38,794 nt of DNA. Origin: Gemmatimonadota bacterium. GTDB taxonomy: Bacteria > Gemmatimonadota > Gemmatimonadetes > Gemmatimonadales > GWC2-71-9. The notes beneath the pieces are model-generated. The model was given only the letters and a program-made list of their open reading frames with translations. It had not been told where the DNA came from and made no database searches. Below are positions 1 through 8,840 of the stretch, one piece after another (position 1 is the stretch's first letter; each line of letters opens with the position of its first letter). The stretch covers positions 1-38,794 of the forward strand of contig JAZDCY010000064.1 of assembly GCA_036679645.1 (NCBI GenBank). The letters run 5' to 3'. A program made the translations under genes and the position numbers.

Positions 1-295
1 TACGATCTTCCGAGGATGATACACGACACGGGCAGCACGTGCGAGCGCACGGCCAGCGGCATCGCCGCTGGATACGACCACGATATGCGCGGCGGGCTGG
101 AAGTGCCACGAGGCACGACTCGCCGTCCATGACGTGACACCAGTGACACCAGACGGCGCCGATGTCGAGTAGGATGGGTTTGTGTGCAGACCGGGCGCGC
201 GCGAAGGGTTCTGGCCCCCACGGATGCCAATCCACCGGTTGATGTTCCGCCGAGCGAAGATACGCCGATGCCGCACCCGCCAACCGCGACGCCAC
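1..295 (-). pseudogene. YyaL/SSP411-like (DUF255) thioredoxin-domain protein; disrupted after codon 60 and running off the window edge
   Basis: Manual translation from GTG at 295 (overlaps the nth TAG): MASRLAGAASAYLRSAEHQPVDWHPWGPEPFARARSAHKPILLDIGAVWCHWCHVMDGES, the typical DUF255 N-terminus with CHWC. Similarity is lost at 115/114. Confidence 0.7.
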
Positions 296-1128
296 TATCG
301 CTTGCTCGATGACCTTGTCGTGCGCGGCGACGCCTTGTGCGACGTTTTCCTCTCTCGTCTACTTTGCCCCGCACCCGCCTTTCCACCATTCCGCCCTTCC
401 GCCACCCCGCTTGCCGGCACCGGACAGAGCTCGTTGATGGGACAGATCTCACATTTTGGCTTACGCGCCTGACAGATCGCCCGGCCGTGATGAATCATCA
501 GGTGCGGGAATAGCGTCCAGTCGCGGCGGGGAACGATCTCCATGAGATCGCGCTCGATCTTCTCCGGGGTCTCCTGTGTCGTGAGACGCAGTCGCCGACT
601 GATCCGCTTGACGTGCGTATCGACCACCACCCCCTCGTCGATACCGAAGGCATTACCAAGCACTACGTTCGCCGTCTTGCGGCCGACGCCGGGGACGGTG
701 ACGAGTTCGTCCATGGTACGGGGTACGTCGCCCCCGAAACGCTCGATGAGCGCCTCCCCCATCCCGATGAGCGAACGCGTCTTGTTCCGGAAGAACCCAG
801 TCGACTTGATGATCTCGGCAAGCGCCTCGGGATCGGCGGCCGCGAAGTCCCGCGCAGTGCTGTAGCGGGGGAAGAGATCTCTCGTGACGAGGTTGACGCG
901 CTCATCGGTGCACTGCGCCGAGAGAATGGTGGCAACGAGCAGGTGGAGAGGTGACTCGTAGTCGAGCGAGCAGTGCGCCTCGGGATACTGCTTGCTGAGC
1001 CGGCGAATGATGGGCCGAATACGCTGGCGCGGTGTTTTCACTCTCGGCTCCGATACCCAGCCGGATGTGGGTGGGAGCGGTGTGGTGTCCTCTTCCGAGG
1101 GATAGACGGTGACGTCATCTGTATGCAC
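295..1128 (-). CDS. nth: Endonuclease III (HhH-GPD DNA glycosylase/AP lyase)
   Basis: LVATILSAQCTDERVN, HhH VPGVGRKTANVVL, VDTHV, and 4Fe-4S motif CQARKPKCEICPINELC. Start uncertain; extended N- and C-termini. Confidence 0.95.
   Translation of the reverse strand: MHTDDVTVYPSEEDTTPLPPTSGWVSEPRVKTPRQRIRPIIRRLSKQYPEAHCSLDYESPLHLLVATILSAQCTDERVNLVTRDLFPRYSTARDFAAADPEALAEIIKSTGFFRNKTRSLIGMGEALIERFGGDVPRTMDELVTVPGVGRKTANVVLGNAFGIDEGVVVDTHVKRISRRLRLTTQETPEKIERDLMEIVPRRDWTLFPHLMIHHGRAICQARKPKCEICPINELCPVPASGVAEGRNGGKAGAGQSRRERKTSHKASPRTTRSSSKR
365..412. repeat. Degenerate 8-bp tandem repeat (TTCCGCCC-like) in the nth 3' extension
   Basis: tgccccgc acccgcct ttccacca ttccgccc ttccgcca ccccgctt, 8-bp periodicity. 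Confidence 0.55.
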
Positions 1129-1134
1129 CCGAAG

Positions 1135-1800
1135 CTAGCCGGCGGCCACAGCGAGCGCGAGTTGTGCCAGGACCAGCAGTTCGGCGGTTGATGTCACCGA
1201 GTGAAGCCCCGTTCGGTCACCACCCTCCATCGCGGGCGCGAACCGGTCAGGGCGCAGGGACCCGAAAGCCGACCGCGCATCTGCGGCGTGAACCGTGACG
1301 GCAATCTGCGAGAAGCCGACACGATCAGGGTGCAGCCCGAGCATTGCAAGAACGGTCACGGTCGGGCCGTGCGGGCCGACAACGATGAAGAACCCGTCGA
1401 TCGGCTCGTGCGGCGCGCTGTCGTCGACCTGGGCCCAGAACCAATGCGCCGGCAGTTGCACGTAACACGCGCCGTTCGGAACCTCGGGGATCACGACGGA
1501 CCCGTCGTCTCCCAATACAGAGGTCAGGGCATCCCGCGAGGTGGACAACGTCGCACCGCCACCGTCCCAAAAGGCCGACAGCGCATGGAGAAACGAGAGA
1601 TACTCGGCCCCGACCGCGGGGTCGGATTGTGACGCGCCCTCGGGCCGTACGGACTCGAGGAGCCGCTGTACCTCGGGGAGACTGGCGAATGCCGCCGGAT
1701 CGCGCGGCTCGGCTGACGATGATCCAAACGCGTCGCGTATGGCACGCAGCTCCGGCTCGAGATGATCGAGCACGCGTACGATCGGATCCGGCAGTGTCAC
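1135..1800 (-). CDS. Hypothetical protein
   Basis: Protein-like ORF in the operon. GTG at 1800 forms a GTGA overlap with the upstream stop; the ORF ends 6 bp before nth. Confidence 0.75.
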   Translation of the reverse strand: MTLPDPIVRVLDHLEPELRAIRDAFGSSSAEPRDPAAFASLPEVQRLLESVRPEGASQSDPAVGAEYLSFLHALSAFWDGGGATLSTSRDALTSVLGDDGSVVIPEVPNGACYVQLPAHWFWAQVDDSAPHEPIDGFFIVVGPHGPTVTVLAMLGLHPDRVGFSQIAVTVHAADARSAFGSLRPDRFAPAMEGGDRTGLHSVTSTAELLVLAQLALAVAAG

Positions 1801-2606
1801 CGGGATGGCAACCACCGGTCGAGTTCGTGCGTGAACCGCTCGGGCTCCTCGACGTACGGGCAATGGCCCGAATGCTCGAAGATGACGAGATCCGCACCCA
1901 GGAGATCCGCCGTGGTCTCCGCGGTCTCGAGCGGTATGGGATCGTGCCGCCCGTGAAATACGCGAGTGCTGATAGATACAGTCCCCAATGCGGGTAGGAG
2001 ATCGTACTCCCCCAGGCTACGCCAGACCTCGGTCTGCGTCCTGCCGGTAACCCGGAACGGTGTGAGGTGCGCAACCTTACGAATGTCGTGAAAATACCCG
2101 GCCACGGACAACTCGAAGGCGCGTTGTCGGTACACGGCGGGATCGTTGTCACGAAGCCCGGAGCTATTGAGGAGCGCTCTGGCCTCCCGGATCTCCGAAC
2201 GCTGCATGCGCTCGGCAAAATGCGACTCGAAGGCACGGCGTCCCGCGGCGGTCCCGGGGGCGGGAGCGACGAGGGCAAGGGACGCGACGCGAGTGGGATG
2301 TTCCACCGCGTAGAGCATTGCGAGCAGTCCGCCCCACGAGTAGCCCAGGATGTGTGCGGGATCGGCCCGCCACTCGGTCAGTAGCGCGTCGAGATCAGCT
2401 ACCTGCTCGCGCCACCCCACCGGGACATCACGCCCCACCGCCGAACGCCCACCACCGCGCTGGTCGTAGTACCGGAGCCGACGCCGCACGCCTAGCGTGT
2501 CGAACTGAGGCAGGAGATAGTCGTGATGTGCGCCCGGTCCTCCGTGCAACACGACCACGTCCGGTCCCGAGCCCACGGTCCGCGTGAACAGGTCCACGCC
2601 GTTCAC
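1797..2606 (-). CDS. Alpha/beta hydrolase, proline iminopeptidase-like
   Basis: HGGPG oxyanion motif, YDQRGGG, nucleophile GYSWGG, Asp in GRHDPI, His in SGHCP. Confidence 0.88.
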   Translation of the reverse strand: MNGVDLFTRTVGSGPDVVVLHGGPGAHHDYLLPQFDTLGVRRRLRYYDQRGGGRSAVGRDVPVGWREQVADLDALLTEWRADPAHILGYSWGGLLAMLYAVEHPTRVASLALVAPAPGTAAGRRAFESHFAERMQRSEIREARALLNSSGLRDNDPAVYRQRAFELSVAGYFHDIRKVAHLTPFRVTGRTQTEVWRSLGEYDLLPALGTVSISTRVFHGRHDPIPLETAETTADLLGADLVIFEHSGHCPYVEEPERFTHELDRWLPSR

Positions 2607-2620
2607 CGGAAAGCGCGTTT

Positions 2621-3082
2621 CTAGAGGAATACGGCTAGGGCGTCGGCGACCGTCTTCACCGCCTCGTGCTCGGCATGGGGGAACCCATCTAGGAGGTCGC
2701 TGTCGATATCGATCTGGCCCAGGATCTCATCGTGACCCCGAATGAGGACCACCAGCTCGGACTTGGTCTCGATGGAACAGGCCAGGTATTCCTCCACTTG
2801 TGTGACGTCCGGGATGTTGAGGTCACGTCGCTCAGCGACGGCCTTGCCGCAGATACCGTCACCAACCGCAATCGACGTGAGATCCGTTGGTTTTCCCTCG
2901 AACGCCTCGAGGATCAACTTGTCACCGTGCACCATATATATGTACACACCGGAGTACGGTGCACCCGACTCCCGGATCCTTCGTGCGGCCAGCTGGAGGA
3001 GTTCTTGACGTCCGGCGTCGTGCGCGTAGGCACCCTGAAGCGCCTTGACCACCGCGGGTGCGTCGAGGACCGTCTCAGCCAC
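2621..3082 (-). CDS. GAF-domain protein, free methionine-R-sulfoxide reductase (fRMsr/MsrC)-like
   Basis: GDGICGKAV, YLACS, KSELVV and GQIDIDS motifs of the MsrC/YebR family. Confidence 0.8.
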   Translation of the reverse strand: MAETVLDAPAVVKALQGAYAHDAGRQELLQLAARRIRESGAPYSGVYIYMVHGDKLILEAFEGKPTDLTSIAVGDGICGKAVAERRDLNIPDVTQVEEYLACSIETKSELVVLIRGHDEILGQIDIDSDLLDGFPHAEHEAVKTVADALAVFL

Positions 3083-4331
3083 CTCGGCGGCCCAGCGTGG
3101 CCGTGAGTTCCACCAATTCTCCGTCGCGCTCGACCACGATGGTCACCACATCCCCCGGTGCCTGAGCGGCAAGGGCGCGGGACATCGCGTACAGGTCCGT
3201 GATCTCATGTTCCCCAATGCGCTTGATGATATCGCCGCCGCGGACGCCGGCGATCGCGGCGGGTCCCCCTTCGCGCACTCCTGTCAGTAGCACGCCTCCG
3301 GGCGACTCGCTCATGTCGGGAATGGTCCCAAGCGAGGCGCCGGAGCCGGCTCCCACGGGGGCAGGCGGCGGGATCTCCACGTACGTCGGCGCCGCCTGTG
3401 CGGCGGCCAGCCGCAGCGTCAGATCGGCGACAAATGCCGCGATGCGCGCCTCCCCCTCGGCATTGATCAGGGGTGCGTCATCGGTCACCCGGTGGTAGTC
3501 GCTGTGTGTGTCAGTGAAGAAGTGCAGCACTGGGATGCCTTCGGCATAGAAGGACTGCTGGTCGGACCGGCCCCAGCCATCACCGGATCCTTTGAGGTCG
3601 AAGTTGTATTCGGAGTTCAACGCATCCAGCAGCGGTGCAAATTCCGGTGCGGTTTCGGTACCGAAGACGAGCAGTTTGTTCTCACGCAGTCTACCGACCA
3701 TGTCGAGGTTGACCATGGCGACGGTGGAATCGTTCGGTGCCACGGGATGCCGCACGTATTGGGTGGAGCCGATGAGTCCCAGCTCTTCGGCCGTGAACGC
3801 GACGAACACGATCGTGCGGCGCTCGCCCTGCGCGCTGGTCCGGACGGTACGCGCAATCTCGAGCAACGCAGCGACGCCCGATGCGTTGTCGTCAGCCCCA
3901 TTGTGGATGACGCCGGTGCTATCGGGGTCCATGCTGCCTATACCCCCGTATCCGAGATGGTCGTAGTGGGCGCCGACGACCACGACCTGACCGGCGAGCG
4001 CGCCCCGGCCGGGAATCACCCCAATCACGTTCTTCACCTCGGCGCCTCCGAGTCCCGCGTGGGCCGCGGCGGGCGCGCTCGGATCGATTACGAAGTTCTG
4101 AAAGAAACCTTCGCCGTTTGGCTGGGTGAGTCCGATGCGAGCGAACTCGCGGGCAATGTATGCGGCGGCGGAGTCGAGACCCGCCGTTCCGACGCCCCGT
4201 CCCTCGCGGGCATCGGCGGCGAGATAGTCTATATGAGCGCGAATGCGCTCCGCACGGGGAGCTTGCGCCTGCATGGCCCCGGCTGCGCCGCAGAGGGCCA
4301 CCACGCTGAGCACAACGGTCTTGGTCTGCAT
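3075..4331 (-). CDS. Exported M28 metallopeptidase with C-terminal PDZ domain
   Basis: Signal peptide MQTKTVVLSVVALCGAAGAMQA; GAHYDHLG, GADDNASG, AEELGL, NLDM, DYH; PDZ-like LGTIPD...GGPAAIAGVRGGDII. Start revised from the 634-aa ORF call. Confidence 0.9.
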   Translation of the reverse strand: MQTKTVVLSVVALCGAAGAMQAQAPRAERIRAHIDYLAADAREGRGVGTAGLDSAAAYIAREFARIGLTQPNGEGFFQNFVIDPSAPAAAHAGLGGAEVKNVIGVIPGRGALAGQVVVVGAHYDHLGYGGIGSMDPDSTGVIHNGADDNASGVAALLEIARTVRTSAQGERRTIVFVAFTAEELGLIGSTQYVRHPVAPNDSTVAMVNLDMVGRLRENKLLVFGTETAPEFAPLLDALNSEYNFDLKGSGDGWGRSDQQSFYAEGIPVLHFFTDTHSDYHRVTDDAPLINAEGEARIAAFVADLTLRLAAAQAAPTYVEIPPPAPVGAGSGASLGTIPDMSESPGGVLLTGVREGGPAAIAGVRGGDIIKRIGEHEITDLYAMSRALAAQAPGDVVTIVVERDGELVELTATLGRRGG

Positions 4332-4406
4332 ATGGGAGTCCCGCATTGGATGGGGTCCAGTATCTTGTTCGAGGGAACGACATCTAAACGTAACCGGACC
4401 GACCAC

Positions 4407-4985
4407 GTGTCTCCACGTCTGCTCGCTCTGATTCCGCTCGCGATCGGCATCAACCTGGCACTGGGCCAGTTCGCGGCCGCCACCGCGCTCCCGCTCTTTC
4501 TGGACACAGTCGGGACGGTCCTGGTTGCGGTGCTCGCAGGTCTGGCGCCGGCACTCCTCACAGGGCTGATCTCTCAGGTCGTGTTTACCCTCGTCACCGG
4601 GAACGTCACGTGGCTCGCGTTCCTGCCGGTCCAGCTTTTCATTGCCGCGTATGCGGCGCTGGCGGCCGACCGTGCCGGGTTCGCCTCTGTCCGGCGCGCG
4701 GTCGTTGGCGGGTTGGGGCTGGGCGCACTTGCCGCCACGATCGCCGCCCCCATTGCGTACTTCGCGTTTGGTGGGGTGACGAGCGGTGGGGTGACTGTCG
4801 TGACGGCGGCGCTCACGGGCCTGGGCGTGCCACTGCACTGGGCGGTGTTCGCGTCGAGTCTCAGCAATGATCTCCTCGACAAGACGATCACGTTCCTCCT
4901 CGTGCGTACCATCCTCGTCACGCTGCCACGCCGGGTCGCGTCGCGGTTCCCGGGCGTGTCGCGCGCACTCGGCCTCCACCGGTGA
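4407..4985 (+). CDS. ECF transporter substrate-specific (S) component
   Basis: Hydrophobic ~192 aa: LLALIPLAIGINLALGQ...LPLFLDTVGTVLVAVLAG...GGVTSGG...NDLLDK. Directly precedes EcfT and two ATPases. Confidence 0.85.
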   Translation: MSPRLLALIPLAIGINLALGQFAAATALPLFLDTVGTVLVAVLAGLAPALLTGLISQVVFTLVTGNVTWLAFLPVQLFIAAYAALAADRAGFASVRRAVVGGLGLGALAATIAAPIAYFAFGGVTSGGVTVVTAALTGLGVPLHWAVFASSLSNDLLDKTITFLLVRTILVTLPRRVASRFPGVSRALGLHR

Positions 4986-5689
4986 CGGTGGGATACCTGC
5001 CCGGTGCCGGTTTCCTGCATCGGGCGCATCCGTTCACGGCCATGGCGATCGGCGGCGGTGTTGCGGTCCTTGCGTTTCTCCTCGCCCCTCCCGCCGGACC
5101 GTTAGCCGTCCTCGCGCTGGGGGTCGCACTCGCGATGGCGGCCGGCGTCTGGCGCGTGCTCATTCCTGCGGCGGTCATCTCGGGCCCGTTCTGGGTGTTT
5201 CTGTTCGCCATCCACGGGTTATTCCGCGAGGCTCCGTTGACCGCATTGGGGCTGTCCGCCCGCATGACGGCATCGATCGTTGCATTCCTGCTGGTGATCG
5301 CGGTTGTGCATCCAGGACGTCTCGTCGAGGCCCTGCTGGCACGCGGTGTCCCGTTTGCCGCGGCCTACCTCCTGGCGGCTGCAATCCAGATCGTGCCGCG
5401 CTTCCAAAACCGTGCGCGCGCCATCCTCGACGCTCAGCGGTGCCGGGGGCTCCGGCTCCGCGGTTCTCCGCTCCGACGAGTGCGAGCGGTGGTGGCGCTT
5501 GCCATTCCGCTCGTGCTCAGCGCGCTTGCCGAGGTGGACGAGCACGCGCTGGCTCTGGAGACCCGTGGCGTAGGGACGGGCAAGCGCCGAACCATTCTCC
5601 ACCCCCCGGTAGATACCCCCCTTGACCGTGCCATCCGCTGGGCCGTGCTCGGTGTGCTGGCTGTCGCCGTCCTGGTGACGTACCCATGA
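4982..5689 (+). CDS. ecfT: ECF transporter transmembrane (T) component
   Basis: FLHRAHP N-terminus, coupling-helix motifs AQRCRG and ALETRG, GTGA overlap with the S gene. Confidence 0.88.
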   Translation: MTVGYLPGAGFLHRAHPFTAMAIGGGVAVLAFLLAPPAGPLAVLALGVALAMAAGVWRVLIPAAVISGPFWVFLFAIHGLFREAPLTALGLSARMTASIVAFLLVIAVVHPGRLVEALLARGVPFAAAYLLAAAIQIVPRFQNRARAILDAQRCRGLRLRGSPLRRVRAVVALAIPLVLSALAEVDEHALALETRGVGTGKRRTILHPPVDTPLDRAIRWAVLGVLAVAVLVTYP

Positions 5690-6507
5690 CCATCGTTTTC
5701 GATCGGGTCAGCTTCACCTACCCCGGCAGTCGGGAGCCATCCCTCCACGGTCTATCGTTCCATGCGGCTCGTGGGCAGGTGACGTTGCTCACCGGACTCC
5801 TCGGGGCGGGGTGCAGCACGACCGTGCTGGTGGCGGCAGGGGTTGCGCCTCGGCTCCTGGGAGGGAGCGTCGAGGGCGACGTGACGGTGCTCGAACGAAA
5901 CCCCGGCACGGCTGAAGGCTGGCGTGATCTGGCGGGCCGGGTTGCGGTTCTCCTCCCCACACCGTGGACCCAACTGTCCGGCATGACGTTCACCGTGGCG
6001 GATGAGGTCGCATTCGGTCCGGCGAACCTGGGTTGGGACCGCGAGGAGATCCTGGATGTCGCAGCGGTGGCTATGGACCAGCTGAGCGTGACGCATCTGG
6101 CCCAGCGGGACCCGGCGACCCTATCTGGTGGTGAGCTACAGCGCGTGATCCTCGCTGGACTGGTCGCCATGCGGCCCGATGTCTACCTGCTGGACGAGCC
6201 TACGGTGGAGCTCGATCCGGAAGCGGCCGATGCCGTCTATGCACTCCTGCCGACCCTGGCAAAGACCGCAGCGGTGCTGCTGACGACCACCGACAGTGAT
6301 CGTGCTGTCGAGGTTGCTGACAGCGCTCTCTACCTGGAATCCGGACAACTCGTCAGCGCCGGATCGCCATGCGACGTGCTGGGATCGGAGCGGGTCGTGG
6401 CGGCAGGCGCAGGTGTGAGTGTGGCGACGCTGTTTCGTGACGCCGGTGCAAGGGGGCCCTATCCGGTGGACGTGGCGGCGGCGGCCTCTCGTTGGATGAC
6501 TGCATGA
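5686..6507 (+). CDS. ECF ATPase component A with degenerate nucleotide-binding motifs
   Basis: TVADEVAFGP, LSGGELQR and YLLDEPT present; Walker A reads GLLGAGCST. Confidence 0.85.
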   Translation: MTIVFDRVSFTYPGSREPSLHGLSFHAARGQVTLLTGLLGAGCSTTVLVAAGVAPRLLGGSVEGDVTVLERNPGTAEGWRDLAGRVAVLLPTPWTQLSGMTFTVADEVAFGPANLGWDREEILDVAAVAMDQLSVTHLAQRDPATLSGGELQRVILAGLVAMRPDVYLLDEPTVELDPEAADAVYALLPTLAKTAAVLLTTTDSDRAVEVADSALYLESGQLVSAGSPCDVLGSERVVAAGAGVSVATLFRDAGARGPYPVDVAAAASRWMTA

Positions 6508-7316
6508 CGCTTCTCCAATTCGACGAGGTGCGATTCGCATATGGCGAAACGGTCGTGTTGTCTCGCGTCGGTTTTTCGATCGCCCCGGGCGATGTCGTTG
6601 CACTCCTCGGGCGGAATGGCGTCGGCAAGACTACCGTGACCCGCCTCGCGGTTGCCCTGGCCCACCCGCAGCGCGGGGAGGTCATAGTGGCGGGCGAAAC
6701 AACCCGTGGCCGGCAACCCGAAGATCTCGCCGGCCGTGCCGCCTACCTCTTCCAGCACCCGGACCGGCAACTCTTCGCGCGGCGGACACTCGACGAGGTG
6801 GCGTTCGGCCCGATCCAGGCGGAGCGCCCGCGGGCGGATGCCCTCGCCAGAGCGCGGTCGGCTCTCCATGCGGTGGGATTGGAAGGTCACGAGGACACTC
6901 ACCCACACGATCTGAGCGCTACCGACCGCAAGCTCCTGGCGCTTGCAGCAGCTTTGGCGCAGACGGGCGACCTGCTCGTGCTGGACGAACCGACGCAGGG
7001 CTTTGACCGGCCCGCGCGTGACCTGGTGGGCGCGCGGCTACGTGATCACGCGGGGCAGGGAGGTGCGGCTCTCGTGGTGACGCACGATCTGGGGTTTGTT
7101 GCGGATTGGTGCGATCGAGCTTTGGTCCTGCATGATGGGCGGGTCGCCTACGACGGTCCGGTTCCGGACCTCGTGCGCGACCAAGAACGAGTGCGGGTTC
7201 TCGGGCTGCGGCAGCCACCTGCTGCGCGGGTGAGTGTGGCGTTACGCTTAGCCGGTCAGCCGGTTCGGCATGCGGAGGTATCGGCGGCGCTCGTGCCGCG
7301 TTGCCGCGATGGCTGA
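6504..7316 (+). CDS. ECF ATPase component A'
   Basis: GRNGVGKT, LFQHPDRQLF, LVLDEPT, VTHD; ATGA overlap with the previous gene. Confidence 0.88.
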   Translation: MTLLQFDEVRFAYGETVVLSRVGFSIAPGDVVALLGRNGVGKTTVTRLAVALAHPQRGEVIVAGETTRGRQPEDLAGRAAYLFQHPDRQLFARRTLDEVAFGPIQAERPRADALARARSALHAVGLEGHEDTHPHDLSATDRKLLALAAALAQTGDLLVLDEPTQGFDRPARDLVGARLRDHAGQGGAALVVTHDLGFVADWCDRALVLHDGRVAYDGPVPDLVRDQERVRVLGLRQPPAARVSVALRLAGQPVRHAEVSAALVPRCRDG

Positions 7317-7343
7317 GCCGCCCTATCTTCGCGCATCACCTGT

Positions 7344-8840
7344 ATGTTGATCCTCGAAAACTTCGCCGTCTCCTTCGCGCGCGCCGTGGAAGTCTTCCGG
7401 ACGCAGCCCGATGCCATCCGCGAGCAGAAGGCCACGCTCCGCGCGCTCGTCGCGCTCGCCAAGCTGGGTGGGGTGACGATCCGGGTTAGCCACCGCTCGA
7501 TGACTCTTGATTCGGTGACGATCCCTCCGACGCTGCCGGGGGTACGCAGCCTCATCGCGCAACTCAATCTGCACGACGTCGCGGAGATCCGTATCAGTCA
7601 GAGCGCGGCACCCGCGGAGTTGCTGGCGCTACTGCGTGCCGTTGCGGCGAGCCTGTCGGGAGGTGGCCGCCGAAGCCAGGTGGACATCGCCATGGAGCAG
7701 GCCGAGAGCGTCCGCGTGCTGGTGGCGTCCGCCGAGGAACCGGATGAGGCTGAGCGCACGCCGAGCGTGACTGACGCCTTCGAGTCGGCGCCGATCGTCG
7801 AGGCCGCAGAGGACGAACTCCTGCGTTTGGCCACGAAGGTCGAAGGGCCGGGGACGCTTCTCGAGAACGCGATGGCAGATCTGGCGCTCCGGCCGGAAGG
7901 CGCCGACATGCTGGATCGACTTGCCACGATCAAGGACCTCATTCCGCGAGAACTCGGTGAAGGTCGGTCGGCCGTGGCGCTACGGGCGATCGCCGACCTC
8001 GTGCGACTGGAGGAAGGGCTCCCCGATGACAGCCCGCGGCGTGGTGTCGCCATCACTATCAACCGTCTCCTCACCGAGCCCATGCTCGACGCCATCGCGC
8101 GGTTGGTACCGGCGGCCGAGTTGCGCGAATCGGCGACGGCGGTGCTGCAACGTGGTGGGGCCGATGCGACCGAGATCCTCCTGAGCATCTTGGAAACTGA
8201 AGAATCGAGTGCCGCTCGCCGCGCGTATTTCGATGTGCTACGAGGCATCCCGGAGGGAATCCCCCAACTGCTGCACCTACTCGGCCACCATGAGTGGTAT
8301 GTCGTGCGCAACATGGCCGAGCTGGTAGGGGACATGCGAGTAGAGGAAGCGGTCCCCGCCCTTGGGCGCGCCATCGAGCACGAAGACGAACGCGTTCGGA
8401 AAGCGGCCGCGGTCGCGCTGGCGCGCATCGGGACGGCGGAGACCGTGCAGTACATCCGGAACGCCCTGCTCCGAGGTGACGCCGGGGTTCGTTCGGTTGT
8501 GGCCGGTGCCGTTGGGGGACGGCGCTCGGGCGCACTCGCAATGCCACTCGTCCTGGCGGCAGAGGACGAGCCCGATCCGGCACTCCAGCGCGATTTCTAC
8601 GTCGCTCTGGCGCGGATTGGGACACCGGAGGCTCTTCAAGCCCTCATCAAGGCGGCGCAACCCGGCGGCCGGTTCTTTCGGCGGCGCAAGCTGGACACCC
8701 GCCTAGCGGCAATCGAGGGCCTGCGCGTTGCAGGGGGGCCGGCGGCTGTTGGCGCGCTGGAGGGGCTTCGGGGCGACAGGACCCCGGCGGTACGCGAGCG
8801 GGCGCGGCGGTATCTTCGCGGACACGGCCATGCGAGATGA
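7344..8840 (+). CDS. HEAT-repeat protein (paralog 1)
   Basis: C-terminal HEAT/PBS-lyase-like repeats (HHEWYVVRNMAELVG, HEDERVRKAAAVALARIG, ALARIGTPEALQAL). Confidence 0.82.
   Translation: MLILENFAVSFARAVEVFRTQPDAIREQKATLRALVALAKLGGVTIRVSHRSMTLDSVTIPPTLPGVRSLIAQLNLHDVAEIRISQSAAPAELLALLRAVAASLSGGGRRSQVDIAMEQAESVRVLVASAEEPDEAERTPSVTDAFESAPIVEAAEDELLRLATKVEGPGTLLENAMADLALRPEGADMLDRLATIKDLIPRELGEGRSAVALRAIADLVRLEEGLPDDSPRRGVAITINRLLTEPMLDAIARLVPAAELRESATAVLQRGGADATEILLSILETEESSAARRAYFDVLRGIPEGIPQLLHLLGHHEWYVVRNMAELVGDMRVEEAVPALGRAIEHEDERVRKAAAVALARIGTAETVQYIRNALLRGDAGVRSVVAGAVGGRRSGALAMPLVLAAEDEPDPALQRDFYVALARIGTPEALQALIKAAQPGGRFFRRRKLDTRLAAIEGLRVAGGPAAVGALEGLRGDRTPAVRERARRYLRGHGHAR

Noticed and set aside
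3492..4979. 634-aa (3075..4979, -) and 497-aa (3492..4985, +) ORFs suggesting a long antisense gene overlap
   Set aside because: Both are over-extended. The better-supported starts are 4331 (M28 signal peptide) and 4407 (ECF S), leaving a 75-bp divergent gap.
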